Shown one piece after another: positions 34,250-47,810 of a DNA stretch of 64,000 bases. The stretch comes from Octopus vulgaris (taxonomy: Eukaryota). The first letter of the stretch is position 1, and every line of letters starts with the position of its first letter. The translations under genes were made by a program, and so were the position numbers. The DNA is taken from the NCBI GenBank assembly GCA_951406725.2, contig OX597834.1:40610001-40674000 (forward strand), in the 5' to 3' direction. The notes beneath the pieces are model-generated. The model saw nothing but the letters and a program-made list of their open reading frames with translations. It was not told the origin of the DNA and ran no database searches.

Positions 34250-34667
34250 AGGGCAGCGAGCTGGCAGAATCGTTAGCACGTCGGGCAAAATGCTTAGCGG
34301 TATTTCATCTGCCGTTACGTTCTGAGTTCAAATTCCGCCGAGGTCGACTTTGCCTTTCATCCTTTCGGGGTTGATAAATTAAGTACCAGTTACGTACTGG
34401 GGTCGATGTAATCGACTTCATCCGTTTGTCTGTCCTTGCTTGTCCCCTCTGTGTTTAGCCCCTTGTGGGTAGTAAAGAAATAGGTATTTCATCTGTCGTT
34501 ACGTTCTGAGTTCAAATTCCGCCGAGGTCGACTTTGCCTTTCATCCTTTCGGTGGTTGATAAATTAAGTACCAGTTACGCACTGGGGGTCGATGTAATCA
34601 ACTTAATCCCTTTGTCTCTCCTTGTTTGTCCCCTCTACGTTTAGCCCCTTGTGGGTAGTAAAGAAAC
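34250..34667 (+). mobile_element. Dimeric tRNA-derived SINE (Meta-domain-like) with 18-bp TSD
   Basis: ggcagcgagctggcagaatcgttagc head, GAGTTCAAATTC B box, gcctttcatcctttcgggg core; TSD agatatctagtgaagcag at 34232-34249 and 34668-34685. Many monomers elsewhere (e.g. 5457, 9700, 9910, 32217, 45880, 46415, 48970). Confidence 0.85.
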
Positions 34668-35288
34668 AGATATCTAGTGAAGCAGCAGCAGCAACAGCAA
34701 CAATAACAACAAATACTACAACTACTACTACTGCAATGACAACAACAACTACAATAACAATGCCAACGATGGCGACAACAACAACAACAACAACAATAAC
34801 AACAACATTGAATAAGAAAAGAAAAGAAAAGTGCAAGAAAATCTCTACTAACCGACCGGATCCATATTATGTCCAGTAATAAATGTCCAGTGTCTCCTTT
34901 TCCGTGTCTCTGGATAGATTAACAATAGGAGTCGGGGTATGATCCAAAAGGCTGAGCATTATATAGTAACAGCAGCTACAGCAACAGCAACAAGCAGCAG
35001 CAGCAGCAGTAGCAGCAGCAGTAGTAGTAGTAGTGATAGTGGTGATGGAAACAAGTGACAGTTCTGGCTATGGCAACAATGATGTTGATGCTGCTGTTGT
35101 TTTACATGATAGAGAAAACACTGAGGTGGTTTTTATTACATTGGCTGTGTGGTAAGTAGCTTGCTTACGAACTACATGGTTCCGGGTTCAGTCCCACTGC
35201 TTGGCATCTTGGGCAAGTGTCTTCTACTATAGCCTCAGGCCGACCAAAGCCTTGTGAGTGGATTTGGTAGACGGAACCTGAAAGAAGC

Positions 35289-35334
<46 letters not shown>

Positions 35335-35817
35335 ATATGTTTGTGTGTCTGTGTTTGTCACCCCAACATCGCTTGACAACTGATGCTGGTGTGTTTACGT
35401 CCCTGTAACTTAGCGGTTCAGCAAAAGAGACCAATAGAATAAGTACTAGGCTTACAAAGAATAAGTCCTGGGGTCAATTTGCTCAACTAAAGGCAGTGCT
35501 CCAGCATGGCCACAGTCAAATGACCGAAACAAATAAAAAAAAAAAGTAAAGAGTATACAGGTAACTCCTTCTCCAATGTCCAGATGGCACCAAATCTTCC
35601 CGGTCAGTTAAAACTTTAGTCTTTAGGCTCTCTTATGCTGTTCCCTGTTCACCAATACATCAAGCTGTCCCTGAAAAATGAAAGGCCTAAAAATCATCCA
35701 ATTTAGCATTGTTTTGTATCGACTTTCCAAGCTTGAACAGGCTGAATGGCTTCCTTTGAGTTAGAAAATTTCAGCTGGATGCTGACTGTCGCCAATACTT
35801 TTAGGTGCTTCTTACAA

Positions 35818-36206
35818 GGCGGCGAGCTGGCAGAAACGTTAGCACGCCAGGCGAAACACTTTGCAGTATTTCGTCTGCCATTACATTCTCAGTTCAAATT
35901 CCACCAAGGTCGACTTTGCCTTTCATCCTTTCAGGGTTGATTAAATAAATACCAGTTATGCACTGGGGTCAATATAATCGACTTAATCCATTTGTCTGTC
36001 CTCTCTGTTTAGCCCCTTGTGGGTAGTAAAGAAATAGGTATTTTGTCTGCCTTTACGTTCTGAGTTCAAATTCTGCTGAGGTCACCTTTGCCTTTCATCC
36101 TTTCGGGGTCAATAAATTAAGTACCAGTTGCATACTGGGGTTGATCTAATCGACTGGCCCCCTCCCCTAAAATTTCTGGCCTTGTGCCGAGAGTAGAAAA
36201 GAATAG
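35818..36206 (+). mobile_element. Dimeric SINE of the same family with ~19-bp TSD
   Basis: TSD ttttaggtgcttct(t/c)acaa on both sides; same internal junction aaagaaata|ggtattt. Confidence 0.85.
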
Positions 36207-38149
36207 TTTTAGGTGCTTCTCACAACGTAAGGATACAGTGTATCCCTATCCTAAAACCAGGATACATTTGGTAATAAAACTGGGATACTCAACCATATAT
36301 ACTGTGAGTGTGAAGGTATGTGGCCCAGTAGTTAGGGTATTTGGCCAATGACCTAAGGTCACCTGTTTGATTCCTGGCAGCGCGTTATGTGCTTGAGCAA
36401 GACACTTTATTTCACATTGTACTACTCAAAATTGATTAGTACCTGTAATACAAAGGGGGCCAGCCTTGTCCCATTGTGTGTCATGCTGAATTTCCCTGAG
36501 AACTGCACTAAGGGTATGCATGTCTGTGGAGTACTCAGCCACTTGCACATTAATTTCATATGCTTTTCCATTGATCAGATGAACTGGAACCCTCGTCGCA
36601 ACCAGTGAAGTACCAGTTATACTATGTGAGCGTTTCACTAATTCTGCCCCACCACAAACAAGGGCCTGGGAACATATGCTTTTAACAGGAGTCTTTAATT
36701 TTACTAATCTTAGCTGGTCCGAGGATTATATCCAGCCTGGAACTAAGCAACTGAAGTGGAGGGATACAAACACTTTCCTTGATACAACAAAAGACTTTCC
36801 CATACAATAAATCATTACTTGTCCAATTAGGGAAAAATAACATACTCGACTTTGTCTTTATTCACAATGTTCCTGGGTCACTGACCACAAACCTAAATGC
36901 ATTCTTTTATTGAAAATAATTTTTTTTACAATCCTTCACAAATTTGTTTCATACATTTGTTATCTATATTTTATTATTAATATTAATTTTTTAAAAAATA
37001 TTATTTTGCATTTAAAATATTTATTACAAGAAGTAAAAAAAAAATTTAATATATTTAAAACAGAAAACAAACAGATGTTTTAAAACAAGAAAATCTTTTC
37101 TTTATTGACAGAAGTGTAAAAATATTTCATGGACGGATTTATTTTTTTTAAATGTAAACAACACTATTTGATTCTTAATTACAATATATATAAGTGTATA
37201 TGTATATCAGTGGTTCCCAACCAGTGTCTGAGTGACCCCTGGGGGTTGTATAAGATTTTGGGAGATCCACACAATCAAAATAGTAAACTGGGACCCACAA
37301 TAGTATTTTAAGGATTCATGAAAAATGATTTTTTTCTTTGGATGTATTTCTTGCTCGAAACAACTAGGTTCCCTTCTCTAATGTTTTACATAGTTGAACA
37401 TGCCCCCCACCACTGAAACATGTTCCCTTAGAAAGTTCTATTGCAACCCTACACAAGTGAATGAGTGAAAAACAAAATAGGAATTTTGAAAGAAATATCT
37501 ATAAAACTAGTTTGAATGTCTATGGGGATCCAGCAGAATAAAACAGGGGTTCATAGGTAAAAAAAAAACAGTTGAGAACCACTGATGTATGTATATAGGC
37601 ACAAGAGGTGTAGTAAGATCACAGGTAGGCTGACCATTAATAAAGTCTTTGTATGTGGCAGGTACACAGGAGCAATTAGCAGCGGTCAGAGCCCAAAAGA
37701 TCAAACAGTCAGAGTCTGATATTTTAATGGTACATTGTGTTGCATTGATGAGATGTAAACTGAGCAGAGGAGCAGGGGTTCAAGTCTATAAATTTTGGCT
37801 GAAATTCCCACTAAAGACACATTTATTGTTTTCTCTCCTCATCTTCTCTTTTCATTTTGCAAAACAGTGTTTGAAACCTAAAAGACTTTTCCTTCTATTT
37901 TTCCTTAGCATAAACCTAATACACTCTGTTTGTTTGTCTTCTTATCTTGTCTTCATATTTTCTTCATTTTTCCACCATATATATTTACACATATCAGGTG
38001 TGGCTGTGTGATAAAAAGTTTGCTTCCCACCCACAAAGTTTTGGGTTCAGTCCCACTGCATAGCATCTAGGGCAAGTGCCTTCTACTATAGCTTCAGGCT
38101 GACCAAAGCTTTGAGAGCAGATTCAGTAGACAGAAACTGAAAGAAGCCC

Positions 38150-38337
38150 GGCACCTAAAAAGCACCCACTACACTCGCAGAGTGGTTGGTGTTAGGAAGG
38201 GCATCCAGCTGTAGAAACACTGCCAGATCAGACTGGGGCCTGGTGCAGCCTCCTGGCTCCCCAGACCCCAGTCGAACCGTCCAACCCGTGCTAGCACGGA
38301 AAACGGATGTTAAACGATGATGATGATGATGATGATG
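38150..38337 (+). mobile_element. SINE ending in (ATG)n, RTE-type tail
   Basis: gttaggaagggcatccagctgtagaaac core; copies at ~2000-2240, 7915-8186, 20000-20118, 43243-43435, 50720-50925, 55250-55397. Confidence 0.75.
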
Positions 38338-39028
38338 ATATATATATATATATATATACACACATGGAGTATATATGTGTGTGTGTTTGTCCACCATCAC
38401 CACTTGACAATCAGAGTTGGTTTGTTTACATCCCCATAACTTAGTGGTTTGGCAAAAGTGACTGACAGAGTTATTGCCAGACTTAAAAAAACATAAGTAC
38501 TGAGGTCAATTTGTTCAATTACACCTTTCAAGGTGGTGCCCCAGCATGGCTGCTTTCCAAAGTCTAAGGCAGGTGAAAGATTATAACACACCGTTACGTT
38601 CTGAGTTCAAATTCCGCCAAGGTCGACTTTGCCTTTCATCCTTTCGGGGTCGATTAAATAAGTACCAGTTATGCACTGGGGTCATTATAATCGACTTAAT
38701 CCATTTGTCTGTCCTCTCTGTGTTTAGCCCCTCGTGGGTAGTAAAGAAATAGAAATGAATAATGTTCTGAATGCATCTGTGTTATTTTACTGGTCTCAGT
38801 CTACTTGGCTGTCAAGAGCTACCACCCTATCAAGATATCATCTACAGCCAGACTACAGAAAAGGGAAACCCTGTGAAGCATAGTTACCCAACGCTTGTCT
38901 ATCCCTTACCACCAACAGCCTCTCAAACATCTCTCTTTAAACCATTACCACTACTACTACTACTAGTACTACTAAGACCCCTTACCTTAACCCTTACTAA
39001 CCTGTTCCACCCAATTACGGTTTGGTTT

Positions 39029-39217
39029 TTATCGCATTTTCACCAAGGCTGCAATATATACCCAGACAGAGAGAATGTTATTAGGGTAAGGGTGGATGTA
39101 GACAGCGAGGGCAAACTCCACGTTGCTGGTGTCGTAGCTGTGTATTCCCATTTCGTAGATGGATTGGACGACGGACGGGATGTCTGTAAAGGACATATTG
39201 ATGGGGGAGCCAGAGAT
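39029..39217 (-). CDS. CC2D2A: CC2D2A terminal coding exon ([10 protein letters not shown]...[29 protein letters not shown])
   Basis: Polypyrimidine tract plus cag; TAA at 39029-39031. Confidence 0.92.
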   Translation of the reverse strand: MSGSPINMSFTDIPSVVQSIYEMGIHSYDTSNVEFALAVYIHPYPNNILSVWVYIAALVKMR

Positions 39218-39259
39218 CTGCAGAAAAAAAGAGAAGAAAAAAATAGAAGGGTCAGTTTC

Positions 39260-39316
<57 letters not shown>

Positions 39317-40026
39317 TGATATAAACGTATCTGTCAAGACCTACCAAAAACTGAGCAAATATAAAGATCTTGAAATAGAAATCAGCAAAATGTGGAACCT
39401 GAAGACTAAAACAATACCTGTTGTCATAGGTGCCCTGGGAATGATAGCGAAAGGGGCTGATTGCTACCTAACTCAGATACCAGGAAACCCCAAAATGGCA
39501 GAAATTCAAAAGATAGTGCTCATGGGAACTGCTCATAATCTACGCAAAATACTCTCTATGTAATCTCAAGGTTTAAAACAAACATTTTTTTTTTTTAAAT
39601 TTATGTATTAGACATTCACTAGTACAACACAAAAAAAACCCCAACAAATATATGGCACACTAGGCATAACAACAACGTGAACTTCCAACCTGTTGTTTCT
39701 TGATGTCTCTGGGTGAGACTTGGAGCCAACTTGTACAGACATAAAGCAAAAGTCAAACATAGAATAATAATAATAATAATAATAATAGTGGTTTCAAATT
39801 TTGTCACAAGGGAGCAATTTTGGGGGAGGGTACGAATCGATTACATCAACCCCAGTGTTCAACTGGTACTTATTTTATCGATACCTAAAGGATGCAAGGT
39901 AAAATGGATCTTGGTGGAATTTGAACTCAGATGTAATGACGGGTGAAATACCGCTAAGCATTTCATCCAGAGCACTAATGATTCTGCCAGCTCTCCACCT
40001 TAATGATAATAATAACAATAATAACG

Positions 40027-40064
<38 letters not shown>

Positions 40065-43000
40065 TTATTAATTCTTTTATTGGTCACAAAGGTTTATAAT
40101 AATAAACAATCCTTTCTACTAAAGGCACAAGGCCTGAAAATTGATTACATCGACCCCAGTGTTTCACTGGTACTTAATTTATCAACCCCAAAAGGATGAA
40201 AGGCAAAGACGACCTCAGCAGAATTTGAACTCAGAATGTAGTGACAGGCAATATACCACAAAGCATTTCATTCACACACATATACATGCATACATCTATT
40301 CTGTTATTTAACATTAATATTTAAAGCAGCGAGCTGGCAGGATCGTTAGCATGCTGAGCAAAATACTAAAGGGACATTTTGGTCCAACTTCACATTGTGA
40401 ATTCAAACTACAACAATAACAGCAACATTGTGCAACAAAATGGTTCATATTTGGTTGATTAAAGATGTAATGGCAAGTATTTATTGACCTTTTTCTTTCC
40501 TTTAAAAATCGGCATGAACTTTCCGGACACCCCAATAATAATTCATCCTTTTATTGGCCACAAGGGAAAGGTAAATATACATAAAATGACATGACACAAC
40601 ATAAAAGACAACACAAAACGATCAAAGGGTTTTAACGCATGTAAACAATAGAAAACAATGAAATTTAAACAATAAGTCTCCCAGTAGGGTGTTCCTCATG
40701 GAAAAACCCATAAAAGATACGGGTGCCTGATCAATAGGGCAAGAGCTCTTCTTTTATTTCTTCACACGTGTATACTCAGAATTGGTCCTTTCACCCTGGC
40801 CGTTCTTCCAACATTCACCCGCCTTTCAACAAACTTGCTACAAGGCTACACTTCCTTCCTTACCCTTAGCTTCCTTTTCAAGTGAAACTTGAAAAAGTTG
40901 ATGAGGGCTCAACCAACGAACAATAATAATAATAATGAAGGTACATTAAGCTTACCTTATAAGAAGACCAAGAATGTTCAATGTCTGTGATATGTTCCTT
41001 AATGGTAATATTTGTACAATTTTCCTCCAACCTTCACATGAAAGAAATTATGACAGAGATTTAGAACATATTTTAAACAACGGTGTGGTATACAGACTGA
41101 TTAGATCTCTCTTCTATATTTAACTGATAGATATTGAAGACAAGGGAGACCTCTACATGGTAGCCAGACCTGATAGAGTTAGCAGCTAAATCTCCCTAAG
41201 ATTATACTTTTACTTCCTTAAAAAGAAGAAAAGGGACACAGTGAATAACATTGTCCTAAAATAAGATGGTGGAGGTATATGACCAAGTGGTTAGGGTTTA
41301 GTATTAGTAATCATATGATTGTGGTTTCAATTCTCAGACCAGGCAGTGGGCTGTGTTCTCAAGTCTTAGAGCCAGGCTGGAGCTAAACAAATAATGGAAA
41401 CTGGTACTTTAGTTGACTGCTTCCTCCCTCAGCAGTGACTGTTCCTGTCTTTTACGTGATTCCATTATCTGATGTGTCCTTCCAGGTTGTTCTTTAACCC
41501 TTGGTCAGTAACACATTTGAACATAGGTGACCTGAGGCTCACCAATTGGACTGGTTTGCTTATGTTCAGTCCACTGCAGGATGAAACCAAGTTCTCTTCC
41601 TCAACCATGACTGATGTGGAGGCAGTGAATTTGAGCTTGAGATCATACTGGGTTGATGAGCCCACTCTGCCACACTGGCTTCACATGGCTTAGTAGAAGG
41701 GGTGTAGTTTTTATCCTTTTAGCCAGGAGTAGTTAAGTTGATTACATCAACCCCGGTGCTCAACCGGTACCTATTTTATCAACTTCAAAAGCATGGAAGG
41801 GTAAAGTCAACTCTGGCAGAATTTGAACTCAGAACGTATTGACGGACGAAAATGCTACTATGCATTTCGTCTGTTTCATCTGGTGTGCCAATGATTCTGC
41901 CAGCTCACTTGGCTTAACGGTAAATACAATTATCATCACAAACACCACCAAATCAAACACTAGAAGAAACCACACCTCAAAAAAAAAAAATAATCATCAT
42001 ACCTTTGCCACCGCCACCACCACCACCACAACTACCACCACTATACTATATCCCCACCAAAATCTTATCACTAACGTCACCACACGGACACACACCAGAA
42101 GAATGATTGCAACCTCCTTACTTGGGCAGAATCTTCCGGATGATCATTGTGAAATAACGATTCCATCTCGTCAGGTGTTTCCTCCGCCAATCAGAAAATT
42201 TGTTCTTCAGGCTTTTCTCAATCTTGTCTTGGAGTTCCTTCACATAGCTGTCATCTGTGTCAGTATAGTCTAGAGAGTCGACCTACAGAGAGAGAAGTGA
42301 CAGTAGATAGATAGATTGATAGATAGATAGATTGATAGATAGATAGATAGATAGATAGAGAGATAGATAGATAGATTGATTGATAGATACAGGGAGAGAG
42401 GCAGGCAGGCATGTAGACAAACAGACAGAGAGACAGATAGATTAATTATTAGCAGGAGTGGCTGTGTGGTAAGTAGCTTGCTTACCAACCACATGGTTCC
42501 GGGTTCAGTCCCACTGTGTGGCACCTTGAGCAAGTGTCTTCTACTATAGCCTTGGGCCTATCAAAGCCATGTGAGTGGATTTTGTAGACGGAAACTGAAA
42601 AGAAGCCCATCGTATATATGTATATGCATATTTATGTATGTGTGTGTGTATATGTTTGTTCCCCCAACATCGCTTGACAACCAATGCTGGTGTGTTTATG
42701 TCCCCGTCACTTAGCGGTTTGGCAAAAGAGACCAATAGAATAAGTACTAGGCATACAAAGAATAAGTCCCGGGGTCGATTTGCTCGACTAAAGGCGGTGC
42801 TCCAGCATGGCCACAGTCAAAATGACTGAAACAAGTAAAAGAGTAAAACGAGTAAAGAGTAAATGAACATTTCTCATTGTCAGAGAGAGAGAGACGGACA
42901 GACAGACAGTGATAGAAATAAAGGAGGACTGACCTGTACTGAAGACAATCCAGGGTTTGGATAGTTGGAATGGAAAAACGGTTTCCAGCAAGATGTGTCA

Positions 43001-44284
43001 TCAATGTTGAAGCTCATGCGAGTGGGGTTGTCATACACCTGGACGTTGGCCCATATCTACAGAGCATCAGCAACAGCGTTGGTATCATCATCATCATCAT
43101 CACAGTTTATGAAGAAAGAGAGAAGAAAAGAAAGAACTGCCGAAACTCTTAAGACAAACTTGTCATCATTGTTGCAGGAAGGCAAAAAAAAAAATAAAGA
43201 ACGCTCTTACCTCAAGATGAGATCGAAACAGTGTATCCAGCTTCATCATCATCATCATCGTTTAACGTCCGTTCTCCATGCTAGCATGGGTTGGACGGTT
43301 CGACCGGGGATCTGGGAAGCCAGGAGGCTGCACCAGGCTCCAATCTTGATCTGACAGAGTTTCTACAGTTGGATGCCCTTCCTAACGCCAACCACTCCGT
43401 GAGTGTAGTGGGTGCTTTTTACGTGCCACCTGCACCAGCAGAACTTGACTGGTTGTGCCCACATGTGTACCCAACCCGACCTCTGGTGAGAAAACTGCTC
43501 TTCTTAAGCAATCCCTTCCACATGTCTGTTACCCTCGATGTCCTGATGAAGAAAGAGGCCATTCGAATGCCTCGCTTCTGAATGTGATGCCACTTCCCTT
43601 TGCTTCCGGACCTGATGTCATTCTTCATTCCTCAACAATCATTATCATCATCGTCATTATTAGCAGCAGCAATAGTAGAACTGGTGGCCACTACCCCACC
43701 ATCAACACCACCACCATCGTGACTGCTACCACCAATAGCCATCATCACTACCACCACCACTGCTACCACCGTAACTAACAATACTACAAAGAAGTGACAA
43801 TGGAGTGAAATGATGAGAGAAGTGATGACAATGGTTGAACAAAGATAACAGAGGAAATGGAGGAATGACGAATAAGGAGTGAGGTGGACGAGTGATGATA
43901 GATGAGGTCATGAAATAGACAGGTAAGATGAAGAAAGAGAATGATACAGGTAAGACAGAAGTAAGACAATGAAAGAGACAATGGATATAAGATGATAGAG
44001 ATGACACACAGAGGCGAAATGATGAAAGCGATGACACATAGAAGAGAGACGATGAAAGAGGTGCAGTAGGAGTGTTTCCTTACATTTTTGTTGTTTATCA
44101 CGCAACCGAGGTTGTGCAAGGGGAGGTAACTTGTGTGAGTGTAGTAAAATCTGCCGTCTTTGTAGTTCCACAGCAAACAGCTGCCATTTTCCTCCATCGT
44201 CAATACACACGACGTGACACCATTGGGAATACCACTGCCTGGATAAGTTCATACAGACACAAAAAAATAAAAAATAAAAATAAT

Positions 44285-44320
<36 letters not shown>

Positions 44321-47300
44321 AAAAAAAATAAAGTTCATGTAGACACAATTAATAAAAATAATTCTGTAAGCTTAGTAAATATATGAACGTGGAAAGTGAA
44401 ATACAGAAGATGTGACATATTAAAGCAAAACCAGTTCCTGTTGTTGTAGGTGCTCTATGTACGATAAAAACGGGTGTCAGAAACTTCTAGACAACATCCC
44501 AGGAGAACCATATCTCAGAGAAATCAAAAAGATTGTGCTGACAAGTGCTGCCAACATCTTAGAAAAACCCTATCAATTTAAATGTTTCTGTTGTATTATA
44601 CAAATGTATTTCTGTACTGTCCTCCTCACTTCTCCTCCCCAAGCTTTCAGTATATTTTAACATTTCTTAACCTTCACTTGCCCTAGGGTGCTGGGTGTAT
44701 CCTGCCAAGGGATTGCATCAAACATGTTGCAATACCAGGCAGTGGCTCTCGTGGCCTCTGATCTTAACTGATTGAAAGTGTTATCATGCACATGTTTTGT
44801 CTTGGTATGAAAGATGGGTTACAGCAAATATTCTGCTCAATACCACAGATTTACTTGTCAGTTGTTTGACCATAACCAGTTGAGCATGTCCCTTAGTGGC
44901 TGACGATATGTGCATCTCTGATCACAAGCAGAAGTAGTTGGGGAGCTTCATAGCCATGTGTTGAGAGAAATTCTTTGGCGATTGGATAATTCACCTCTGG
45001 AAACATAGGTGTTTTGTTCAACATCCTTAAAGCAAACCTTATTCAGGGACCTTTTGAGTGGGATGGGCTACTCGACCTGAACAAAATTCTAACTGGGCCC
45101 CACCTGCAAGGTCATGCACTGTTTATATTGATATGAGATCACCATGGGTGTTTTGTTCATTATCCTTAAACAACCCTTATTCAGGGACCTTTTGAGCTGG
45201 ATGGGCTACTTGACCTGAAGAAAATTCTAACTGGGCCCCACCTGCATTGGGATTTATGTAATCAACTAGGAGCTGCACCCAAAATTGGGAGATTTTACTT
45301 GTTACATTGTTTTTTCTGTTATCGAATGGTTACATGGACCTTTTTCTGATTTTGAAAAACCCTTCGTATATCGTTTTGTGTTGTCCTTTAATGTTTTGAT
45401 TTACATTGGTCCTTGTGGTCAATAAAAAGAATTAATTATTATTATTATTATTATTACTATAATTATTTCTGTGAATTAGAGAAAGACAGAATGTAATGCA
45501 TACACTGTGGGACACACAGACAGACATATATAGAAACAGATAGACACAGTGTGAAATGTAGACAGGCTTACCTAAACCAAAATAGGCTGTTTTGCCAAGT
45601 CCAAGGAAGTAGTTTGTCAACAGGATGCTGTGTTCGTCACTGTCTCCAGCCAACATCTGTAGGAATTGCTGTCATGGCAACAATAACATTAATAAACAAC
45701 AATAATAACAATAACATAAAATAATCGTTAACAGAGATACAAGTCAATGTTTTTATTGGAAAAGGTGGGTGTATCCTTTAAATCTACTCTGAAACACAAC
45801 CAGTATTTTAATTAATCACCTGCGCTCATCCTAGAATAATCAAAGGTAAGACTGATAATGGAATGGGGAAGGCGCTGTGCTGGCAGAAACATTATCACGC
45901 CAGGCAAACTGCTTAGCAGTATTACATCTGTCTTTGCGTTCTGAGTTCAAATTCCGCCCAGGTCAACTTTACCTTTCATCCTTTCGGAGTCGATAAATTA
46001 AGCACCAGTGAAACACTGGAGTTGATATAATCAACTAGTCTCCACCCAACAGATTTGAGGCCTCGTGCCTCCAGTAGAAAGGATTACTTGAACAAATTAC
46101 TGTTTTTTTATCAACCCTGAAATGATGAAAGGCAAAGTCAATCCTGCTGGAATTTCAGCTAAAAAAAAAAAAAACAGTCAGGGTTTACATTGAAATAATT
46201 ATTGGTTTTAAATTTTGACACAAGGTCAGCAATTTTAGGTGAGGTGGTAAGTTGAATACATCGACCCCAGTGTTCATGTGGTACCTATTTTATCAAGTTG
46301 TACACCAGAATCCTCATGATTAGGTCAGTGAGGTACCAGAACTGGGGACAAAATAATTGGAGGTAATAGACCATCAGTGCCATCAGGCACCATCACAACT
46401 GTTGAAGGACTTAAAGGTGGAGAGCTGGCAGAAACGTTAGCATGCCGGGCGAAATGCGTAGCCATATTTCGTCTGCCGTTACGTTCTGAGTTCAAATTCT
46501 GCCGAGGTCGACTTTGCTTTTCATCCTTTCGGGGTTGATAAATTAAGTACCAGTTATGCACTGGGGTAGATGTAATAAGCTTAATCTGTTTGTCTGTCCT
46601 TGTTTGTTCCCTCTGTGTTTAGCCCCTTGTGGGTAGTAAAGAAATAGGTATAGGACTTATCCTCAACCTATTCTGCTGGACTTTTATTAACTTCGCTGTA
46701 ACTCTAATATGGGAGACAAAAGGAGTTGAGAGAACTTGCCCAAGATATTGCTTCAAGTTTTTGGAGAAAAAGGATACTGTAAAGTCCCTTTCACAGGGTC
46801 ATTCTGGAGGATGTTTTAACACACTGCCCAACCATATACACACACACGCATGTCAAACATATGTAGGAATTTGCATATACTTACATCACATGTAGTCCAG
46901 ATATCACAACATTCTGGTAAAGCCCTGCATTCCGGCACATGTGGGATGAGGGACACATACTTGGCTACAGCTTGCTGTTGAAAGAAGCATGAACAGAAGT
47001 GATGAGAGAGAGAGAGAGAGGAGTTAGGATACAGATGATGGGGGCAAGAGGTATTTTATGGCAAAGGGGACAATTGTATTTGTAACAAGACAAGAAAAAA
47101 GTGGAGAAAACCCTTTACAAGGTCATCTGACTTGCTGTAAATAGCAGCCAAATTACTCCCTTAACCCTTTTGTTACCAACCCAGCTGAAACTGGCTCTGG
47201 CTCTGAGTACAAATGTCTTGTTTTAATAAATTTTGAATTAAAACCTTCCACCAAACCTTAGTCACAATTTATGTTCCTAACACTAGCTGAATGATAACTA

Positions 47301-47713
47301 AGTTATTTTACAAAATTCTTTGTTATATTTAAAGTAATTGAACACAGAGCATCTCAAAATAAATACAGTAATGAAAGGGTTAAACATCACTCCATTACAT
47401 ATTTATATCATCATCATTTAATGTTTGTTTTCCAAACTAAGTTGGACAGGAGTTTGCAAGCTGAGGAGCTGCCTGGGCTCCATGCCTATTTTGGCAGGGT
47501 TTCTATGGCTGGATGCCCTTCCTAACACCAACCAATGGAGCCCACATGGAAGAAAACTTTGTTTTCCAATAAACTCTGCTGACTTATCCTTATTTTTCAT
47601 TTTTCTCTGAATTTTTAAAGCTGTAAATGTAATTTATGGACACCCACTAATCTGTGTGTGTGTATGCATGTATAAATAAATATATATATGAATGAGCAAA
47701 TACATACATATAT

Positions 47714-47744
<31 letters not shown>

Positions 47745-47766
47745 AATGAATATATAAACATAAATG

Positions 47767-47810
<44 letters not shown>

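Noticed and set aside
34252-34340. tRNA-like A/B box sequences
   Set aside because: SINE heads; no complete cloverleaf, and they continue into SINE body sequence
38974-39003. Telomere-like ccctta/cttaaccc motifs
   Set aside because: Too short and irregular; lies in the CC2D2A 3' UTR
43419-43628. 69-aa minus-strand ORF inside CC2D2A as a possible extra exon
   Set aside because: Flanking exons already join in phase with contiguous homology; more likely a decayed LINE fragment
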